Assembly (NCBI GenBank): GCA_016219925.1
Contig: JACRJU010000003.1
Location: 22,505-86,504, forward strand
Source: Candidatus Uhrbacteria bacterium
GTDB taxonomy: Bacteria > Patescibacteriota > Patescibacteriia > UBA9934 > GWF2-40-263
DNA: 64,000 nt
Direction: 5' to 3'
Within the stretch, counting starts at the first letter, position 1. Every line of letters starts with the position of its first letter. The position numbers were made by a program, and so were the translations under genes. The notes beneath the pieces are model-generated. The model was not told the DNA's origin. It was given only the letters and a program-made list of their open reading frames with translations, and ran no database searches. Of this stretch, positions 57,994-64,000 are shown piece by piece.

Positions 57994-59208
57994 ATGAAAA
58001 TCGATACTGACCCCAAAAAAATTGAACGCGTGCTTTTCCGTGGCGTAGAAAATATTTACCCCAGTCACGAGTTTTTGGAAGCCCGTCTCAAAGAGGGGAG
58101 ACCACTTTCTTTGTATGTCGGTATTGATCCAACGGCACCAGACTTACACATTGGCCACAGCATTTTTTTGCGCAAGATGCGTGCATTTCAAGAGCTTGGC
58201 CACAAGATCATCCTTCTGATCGGAGATTTTACCGGCTTGATTGGTGATCCAACAGATAAATCGGCCACACGCGTTCGTCTCACACGCGAGCAAGTTCTTG
58301 AAAATGCGAAGACGTATAAACAGCAAGCCGAGCGGATCATTGCGTTTGACGGGGAGAATCCCGCGGAGATTCGTTATAATAGTCTGTGGCTGGCTAAGCT
58401 GACTTTTGAGGAACTCATTGAACTTTCCGCTCATTTCACCGTTCAACAAATGCTCGAGCGAGACATGTTTGAAAAGCGGATGGAAGAAGGGAAGCCGATT
58501 TATCTTCATGAGTTTTTGTATCCGCTCATGCAAGGTTATGATTGTGTCGCGATGAATGTCGACGGCGAGCTTGGGGGAAACGATCAGACGTTCAATATGC
58601 TTGCCGGGCGCACGTTGATGAAAGCGCTGAAGAACAAAGAGAAATTTGTCATGACAACAAAATTGCTCGTTGATCCAACAGGACAAAAGATGGGCAAGAG
58701 TGAGGGGAACATGATTCGCTTGAGCGACAGCGCAGACGAAATGTTTGGTAAAGTCATGAGTTGGACCGATGGTATGATGATTTCTGGATTTGAGTTGATG
58801 ACCGACGTTCCAGATGAAGAGATCGTGACCATTTCCAAGTCGCTTATTCGAGAAGAGGCCAATCCACGTGACGTGAAAGCGCGCCTCGCGCGCGAAGTGG
58901 TTGCCGGATTTTACTCGCAAGAAGAGGCCCAAAAAGCTAGCGACGCTTTTGATCAGCTTTTTAAGCAACACGAAGTTCCACAGGACGTGCCAGAATATCG
59001 GCTCAAGGCCGTGGCGTCTTTGGCGGATGTGCTCGTGCAGGTCGGGTTTGCTAAATCGAAATCCGATGCGCGCCGGCTTATCGATGGAGGGGGGGTTAAA
59101 GTGGGCGAAAAAGTGATGTCTGACCCCGAATTTTTGGTCAATCCAGACAAGGCCGGAGTATTGATTCAAAAAGGTAAAAGACATTTCATTAAAGTTGTCG
59201 AATCTTGA
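57994..59208 (+). CDS. tyrS: Tyrosyl-tRNA synthetase
   Basis: HIGH (PDLHIGHSI) and KMGKS motifs; C-terminal S4 domain (RRLIDGGGVKVGEKV). Start placed at the ATG at 57994 because the ORF-track start lies inside the repeat. Confidence 0.9.
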   Translation: MKIDTDPKKIERVLFRGVENIYPSHEFLEARLKEGRPLSLYVGIDPTAPDLHIGHSIFLRKMRAFQELGHKIILLIGDFTGLIGDPTDKSATRVRLTREQVLENAKTYKQQAERIIAFDGENPAEIRYNSLWLAKLTFEELIELSAHFTVQQMLERDMFEKRMEEGKPIYLHEFLYPLMQGYDCVAMNVDGELGGNDQTFNMLAGRTLMKALKNKEKFVMTTKLLVDPTGQKMGKSEGNMIRLSDSADEMFGKVMSWTDGMMISGFELMTDVPDEEIVTISKSLIREEANPRDVKARLAREVVAGFYSQEEAQKASDAFDQLFKQHEVPQDVPEYRLKAVASLADVLVQVGFAKSKSDARRLIDGGGVKVGEKVMSDPEFLVNPDKAGVLIQKGKRHFIKVVES

Positions 59209-59321
59209 CAAAATTCAATAAATCTGATTAAATAGGTGGAGCTTTGGATGTGGAACGCGGTGAAATTCCGCGACTATCTCTGCGTAACCGTACAGTCTGG
59301 TCTTCATCCGATGCACCCACA

Positions 59322-59350
59322 AAAATCGTGTCGCAGGGCACGATTTTTGG
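59322..59350 (+). terminator. Rho-independent terminator-like hairpin downstream of tyrS
   Basis: AAAATCGTG-TCGCAGGG-CACGATTTT followed by TGGTTTC; 114 nt downstream of the tyrS stop, inside the long region upstream of rseP. Confidence 0.45.
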
Positions 59351-59393
59351 TTTCTTGCGCTGTCCTTACCGAAACGGTATCATTCTTGAGAAT

Positions 59394-60503
59394 ATGGGCA
59401 CCATTTTGGTTTTTATTATCATTTTGTCACTGCTCGTTTTTGTCCACGAACTTGGACATTTTTTGATGGCAAAAAAAATGGGCATGAAGGTTGAGGAATT
59501 CGGGTTTGGTTTCCCACCACGGTTATTTGGCCTGACGCGCGGGGAGACGACGTATTCTATCAACAGTATTCCTCTTGGGGGATTTGTGCGCATCAAAGGC
59601 GAATCCGGTGAACATCGCGATCATCCAGACAGCTTTTCTTCCAAATCCGCCCTTGCGCGTTTTGGCGTGCTTGTCGCTGGTGTGGCGATGAACCTCCTAT
59701 TGGCCGCGGTTCTTCTTTCTGTTGGATTCATGATTGGCCTTCCTGGCATTGTAGATGAATCGCTCCCGTCGTCGGCTCATGTACGAGATCGCCATTTGAT
59801 GATCATGAACGTGCTGGCCGATTCGCCAGCGGCGAAAGCCGGTATTCAAGCTGGCGATATTTTGCTGAATATTGATGCGCAAACTTTTACCACCACTCAA
59901 CAAGCTCGGGACTACATTGCAAGCAAAGCGTCTGAACCCATGACGGTGTTGGTTGAAGATCAACAGCACGTTTCGCATCAATCCGAACTTGTTGTCCAGT
60001 CGCTTCCCAGTACAGGGACGATTGGTTTGGGTGTCGGCTTGGTTCAAACAGGTCTCATCTCTTATCCGTTTTTGGATGCCGTGATACAAGGGATTGGACA
60101 GACGATTTCTCTTACCGGCGAGATTCTCAAAGCCTTTGGTGGCATCGTGAAAAGTTTAATTGGTGGTCATGGGGTGGGGGTTGATTTGTCCGGGCCCGTG
60201 GGCATTGCCGTCATGACCGGACAGGTCGCCGCTCTCGGGTTTGTGTATCTTCTGCAATTCACCGCGCTTTTGTCTATCAACTTGGCGGTTATCAATGTTT
60301 TGCCGTTTCCCGCGTTGGATGGAGGTCGCATTTTGTTTTTGCTTATTGAAAAATGGCGCGGTCGAGCGGTTGATGAGAGAGTAGAAACCGCGGCCCACAA
60401 TCTGGGTTTCCTTTTGTTGATGGTTTTGGTTCTTTTGGTGACCTACAAAGACTTTGCAACGTACGGCGGGGAGATCATCAAAGCCTTTCAATCTCTCACC
60501 TAA
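59394..60503 (+). CDS. rseP: RIP metalloprotease RseP (site-2 protease, M50 family)
   Basis: HELGHF zinc motif in the first TM, a PDZ domain (GIQAGDILLNIDAQ), a C-terminal LDG motif (FPALDGGR). Start at the ATG at 59394 (MGTILVF...); the ORF-track start is an upstream TTG/ATG extension. Confidence 0.85.
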   Translation: MGTILVFIIILSLLVFVHELGHFLMAKKMGMKVEEFGFGFPPRLFGLTRGETTYSINSIPLGGFVRIKGESGEHRDHPDSFSSKSALARFGVLVAGVAMNLLLAAVLLSVGFMIGLPGIVDESLPSSAHVRDRHLMIMNVLADSPAAKAGIQAGDILLNIDAQTFTTTQQARDYIASKASEPMTVLVEDQQHVSHQSELVVQSLPSTGTIGLGVGLVQTGLISYPFLDAVIQGIGQTISLTGEILKAFGGIVKSLIGGHGVGVDLSGPVGIAVMTGQVAALGFVYLLQFTALLSINLAVINVLPFPALDGGRILFLLIEKWRGRAVDERVETAAHNLGFLLLMVLVLLVTYKDFATYGGEIIKAFQSLT

Positions 60504-60508
60504 CGAAT

Positions 60509-61555
60509 ATGAAATCTGAACTTGAAAAATTGAAACAGGAGTTTGAAGCGGTCATGGAGACGATTACGGATCGCGCGGCTCTTGAACAAGCCAAAAATGA
60601 ATTTTTGGGACGCAAGGGCAGACTGAAGATGCTGTTAGAACAAGTTGCCAAGCTTGCGGGCGAAGAACGCAAAACGATTGGTCAGCTCGCCAACGAGGTA
60701 AAAGAGGGGCTTGAAGCCGCTTACCGTTACAAAGAACATGCTCTGAACGAGGCGCACACAAGCACACAAGCAGAGCGCGAATGGATTGATATCACCGAAC
60801 CCGGACACGCTCCAGAAGAAGGTCATTTGCATTTGACGAGTCAAGCGATTGAAGAGATTACTGATATTTTTTCGCGCGTGGGTTTTACCAGTGTTCGCGC
60901 GCCGGAGATTGATTGGGATTATTACGTCTTCGAGTCGCTCAATATGCCAAAGGATCATCCCGCTCGGGATGATTGGGAGACGTTTTTTGTTGAAGCGCCT
61001 GAAGGAAAAAAAGGCAAGATGGTTTTGACGCCGCATACCTCCAATTCGCAAGTGCGCCAGATGGAATTGGTCAAACCCCCCATTCGGATGATTAATATCA
61101 ACCGCACGTATCGTCGCCAGATCGATATCACCCATATCCCAATGTTTCATCAGTTCGAAGGATTGATGATCGATAAAGGCGTCGCGGTGATTCATCTCAA
61201 AGGCGTGTTGGATTATTTTGCTCGGACTTTTTTTGGACCGGATCGCCGCACGCGCTTGCGTCCGCATCACTTTCGATTCACCGAACCGAGTTTCGAAGTG
61301 GATATTAGTTGTGGAGTGTGCGGGGGTGATCTTTCGAAAAATTGTCGTCTTTGTAAAAGCGGATGGTTAGAATTGGGTGGAGCTGGCATGGTGCATCCGC
61401 GCGTGCTTGAAGCCGGAGGGTTGGATCCAAAAGAGTATTCTGGATTTGCGTTTGGGTGGGGAGTCGAGCGCACGCTCATGATGCGAGAAGGGATCAAAAT
61501 TGATGATATCCGTGTGCTGTACAAAAATGACCTGCGGTTTGTCAGACAGTTCTAA
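60509..61555 (+). CDS. pheS: Phenylalanyl-tRNA synthetase alpha subunit
   Basis: 348 aa; class II motifs (FRFTEPSFEVD, GAGMVHPRVL), FGWGVERTLMM motif 3. Confidence 0.9.
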   Translation: MKSELEKLKQEFEAVMETITDRAALEQAKNEFLGRKGRLKMLLEQVAKLAGEERKTIGQLANEVKEGLEAAYRYKEHALNEAHTSTQAEREWIDITEPGHAPEEGHLHLTSQAIEEITDIFSRVGFTSVRAPEIDWDYYVFESLNMPKDHPARDDWETFFVEAPEGKKGKMVLTPHTSNSQVRQMELVKPPIRMININRTYRRQIDITHIPMFHQFEGLMIDKGVAVIHLKGVLDYFARTFFGPDRRTRLRPHHFRFTEPSFEVDISCGVCGGDLSKNCRLCKSGWLELGGAGMVHPRVLEAGGLDPKEYSGFAFGWGVERTLMMREGIKIDDIRVLYKNDLRFVRQF

Positions 61556-61573
61556 ATAATTTGAAACCAGAGA

Positions 61574-61954
61574 TTGGTTATATCGCTTCTGAATCACGGG
61601 AGGAACCCTATGGATTCAGAAGCGATATAACCAATCACTGACACACTCTTCAGTTCTGAATCACGAGAGCTCCTGGCACAAGCCCTGTGAATCACGGGAG
61701 GAACCCTATGGATTCAGAAGCGATATAACAAATCACTGATTCACTCTAACCTGTTGATCTATTTTATTTTTTTGGTGATTTAAGTGGGTGCGAGGGCATA
61801 CACATGAGTGAATCCATAGGGTTCCTCCCGTGATTCACCCATGTGTATGCCCTCGCACCATCCCTCCTTTGATCATTAATTGAGTGAAACCACATGCCTA
61901 TTTGTAAACCCATAGGGTTCCTCCCGTGGTTTACAAATAGGCATGTGGTTTCAC
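61574..61954. repeat. Array of four long hairpins (61574-61634, 61687-61744, 61787-61859, 61884-61954) with unrelated 20-27-bp stems but a shared loop motif CACGGGAGGAACCCTATGG (two forward, two reverse)
   Basis: Direct reading: each element is a near-perfect palindrome; the conserved loop core occurs at 61594-61612 and 61693-61711 (forward) and 61814-61832 and 61911-61929 (reverse complement). Confidence 0.7.
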
Positions 61955-61955
61955 G

Positions 61956-64000
61956 ATGATTATGAACATTCTTGCCTCCTACAACTGGATCAAAGAATAT
62001 CTCGACACCGATCTTTCAGCGGAAGACTTCGCACGCAAAACAACCGCGGCGGGAAATTCTGTTGAACACATGGATCGTGTTGCCGATCGATTCGCAAACA
62101 TGATTGTTGGGTTTGTCAAAGAGGTAAAGCCACATCCAAATGCGGACAAACTTCAGATTGCCCAAACCGATATTGGAAAAGAAACGGTCGAGATTGTGTG
62201 CGGAGGAGTGAATCTGACGGAAGGGATGCGCGTGATCGTGGGTCTGCCGGGCGCTCGTGTGAAATGGCATGGAGAAGGAGAACTCGTTGAACTTGTGAAA
62301 ACGAAGATCCGCGGGGTCGAAAGCCACGGGATGATTTGTGCGGTGGAGGAGATTGGTTTTGAAAAACTTGCGACCGGCAAGAAGGATATTTGGAACATTA
62401 CAGCGCTCACTGATGCCAAACCCGGAACACCCATTGTCCAAGCTCTCGAACTCGACGAAGTGATTTTTGACATTGAGGTCACGAGTAACCGTCCCGATTG
62501 TCGATCCATCATCGGTCAGGCGCGCGAAGGGGCGGCTGTCACTTCTTCTGTCTTTGTGAAACCCGCGTTGGTGGTCAAAGGATCTCGAGGCGACTGCGGG
62601 TGGAACATCGAAGTCAAAGAACCCGTGCTCTGTCCGAAGTATTCCGCCGTGCTTGTCGATAACATCAAAGTTGGACCATCCCCGTGGTGGCTTCAGAAGA
62701 AGCTTTTGCTTGCTGGCTATCGTCCCATCAACAATGTGGTTGATATTACCAATGTTGTTTTGCATGAATATGGCCAGCCACTTCATGCGTTTGATGCGGA
62801 CAAATTGTACGGAGAGAAAATCGTCGTGCGCAAGGCGAAAAAACAGGAAAAGTTTCTGGCGCTTGATGGCAAAGATTACGAACTCTCAAGCGAGATGTTG
62901 GTCATTGCGGATGCAAAAAATGCGGTCGCGGTGGCGGGAGTGATGGGCGGCGAGTTCACAGGCACGACCGAACAGACCACGCGCGTCTTGATCGAGTCGG
63001 CAACTTTTGATTCTCTCTCTGTGCGCCGCACCGCTCGCGCGCTCAATCTCTATTCCGATTCACAATTGTTGTTTGAAAAGGGACTGTCTGTGGAAGCAAC
63101 CGGCCCGGCGCTTGAACGGGCCATCGAACTGTTGGGGCAAGTTGCTGGGGGAAACCTCGTCTCAGATGTGATGGTCCAAGAAGCCAAACCGTACGAACCT
63201 CGCATGTTTCCCTTTGATCCTTCAAGCGCAAATCGGTTGATGGGTCTTGAGTTGAGCGAAGCAGAGATGCGAGAGATTTTGGAGCGTTTAGGATTTGAAG
63301 CTAAAGGTGATCAGTTTATTGTTCCGTATTGGCGCGATCGCGATATTGAAAACAGCGTTGATTTCGTTGAAGAGATTGCGCGCGTCTATGGGTATGATCG
63401 TTTCCCATCCGTCCTCCCTTCGGGGGACTTGTCGCTTAATCGACAAGTCCCTGCGCTCGTGTGGACCCTTCGGGCCAAGACTCTTTTGTCTGGCATGGGG
63501 TTGAGCGAAGTTTACAGTTATAGCTTTGTGAGTGAGTCTCAACTCGAACGCTTCGGTGTTTCTCCGAAGGGTGCCGTTTTATTACGCAATCCATTAAGTG
63601 CAGAGTTTGCCTACATGCGCCCCTCACTTATTCCAAGCTTGCTGACAACCATCGAGCAGAATCAAGCGCGTTTTCCCGTGGCAGATTTTTTCGAACTGGC
63701 TCCAGTTTATACTCCACAAAAAAATGGTCTCCCGCAGGAAACGCTTCGGCTGGTTTTTGGGGTTTATGGAAAGGATGGGCGACAAGCTTTCTTGCGGGCC
63801 AAAGGATTTGTCCAGCGGTTTTTCCGTCAAACCGGACTCGGTGAGGTGGTCCTCAAGCGATTAGAAAAATCTACGGCCTTCCATTTGGGAAGATCCGCTA
63901 CCGTTGTCCACGACAAACACGAAGTCGGAACCATCGGACAAGTCTCGCAGGCCATGGCTAAAATGTTTGGGCTTGATGTGCAGGCGGTTGTGGTCGATCT
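61956..64000 (+). CDS. pheT: Phenylalanyl-tRNA synthetase beta subunit (5' partial, continues beyond window)
   Basis: Open frame from ATG 61956 (MIMNILASYNWIKEYL...) to the window end with no stop. tRNA-binding OB domain (VGFVKEVKPHPNADKLQIAQ), B3/4 and B5 domains (SNRPDC, PSPWWLQKKLLLAGYRPINNVVDITN). Confidence 0.85.
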   Translation, partial: MIMNILASYNWIKEYLDTDLSAEDFARKTTAAGNSVEHMDRVADRFANMIVGFVKEVKPHPNADKLQIAQTDIGKETVEIVCGGVNLTEGMRVIVGLPGARVKWHGEGELVELVKTKIRGVESHGMICAVEEIGFEKLATGKKDIWNITALTDAKPGTPIVQALELDEVIFDIEVTSNRPDCRSIIGQAREGAAVTSSVFVKPALVVKGSRGDCGWNIEVKEPVLCPKYSAVLVDNIKVGPSPWWLQKKLLLAGYRPINNVVDITNVVLHEYGQPLHAFDADKLYGEKIVVRKAKKQEKFLALDGKDYELSSEMLVIADAKNAVAVAGVMGGEFTGTTEQTTRVLIESATFDSLSVRRTARALNLYSDSQLLFEKGLSVEATGPALERAIELLGQVAGGNLVSDVMVQEAKPYEPRMFPFDPSSANRLMGLELSEAEMREILERLGFEAKGDQFIVPYWRDRDIENSVDFVEEIARVYGYDRFPSVLPSGDLSLNRQVPALVWTLRAKTLLSGMGLSEVYSYSFVSESQLERFGVSPKGAVLLRNPLSAEFAYMRPSLIPSLLTTIEQNQARFPVADFFELAPVYTPQKNGLPQETLRLVFGVYGKDGRQAFLRAKGFVQRFFRQTGLGEVVLKRLEKSTAFHLGRSATVVHDKHEVGTIGQVSQAMAKMFGLDVQAVVVD

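Noticed and set aside
61560-61960. Possible CRISPR array
   Set aside because: The repeated units are individually palindromic with unrelated stems, occur in both orientations, have uneven spacing, and no cas genes are adjacent; this does not fit a direct-repeat/spacer architecture.

Overview
The window looks like a Patescibacteria/CPR-like bacterial genome at roughly 50-55% GC. That assignment rests on the gene repertoire and giant surface proteins. Most genes are on the + strand. The housekeeping core comprises yraN, nusA, yidC, groES-groEL (with a CIRCE-like operator), prfB (with the conserved programmed +1 frameshift), galE-like epimerase, tsaC, rsmA/ksgA, serS, comF, recG, radA, clpC, htpX, lemA, a phosphohexomutase, tyrS, rseP, pheS and the 5' part of pheT. 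Three tRNAs are present (Ser-GCT, Ser-TGA, Arg-GCG). Accessory content is dense. (1) A 9.6-kb gene encodes a 3209-aa membrane-anchored, Cys-rich giant protein with CBM4/9-like jelly-roll modules, translationally coupled to a small membrane protein carrying thrombospondin-type-3-like Ca-binding repeats. (2) A conjugation/T4SS-like cluster at 30.4-39.6 kb encodes a VirB6/TrbL-like polytopic protein, a PrgI/VirB3-like protein, a VirB4 apparently split into an N-domain ORF plus an ATPase ORF, a VirB8-like bitopic protein and comF. It is preceded by an M23 peptidase gene of sharply different (high-GC) composition. (3) A five-gene envelope module sits between clpC and radA: two paralogous hydrolases share a novel N-terminal 6-Cys domain (one C39-like peptidase, one amidase_2), followed by DsbA-like, TolB-like and a low-complexity protein. 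(4) A GIY-YIG nuclease gene lies exactly inside the loop of a long palindromic repeat, and copies of that repeat family are dispersed through the window. (5) Two high-GC islands (about 22.95-26.6 kb and 28.3-30.36 kb) flank serS; they encode a secreted protein, a membrane protein plus Hanks kinase operon, and the M23 peptidase. (6) A MITE-like element of about 95-125 bp with terminal inverted repeats is present in two copies. (7) An array of four hairpins with unrelated stems but an identical loop that reads as SD + ATG lies between pheS and pheT. (8) The tRNA-Arg locus carries a 5'-half duplicate, inverted-repeat flanks and a second copy interrupted by a 93-nt insert. (9) An XRE HTH gene is frameshifted in a T6 run, and an HNH endonuclease sits beside the tRNA-Ser genes. 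Many long antisense ORFs in the GC-rich parts are artefacts.
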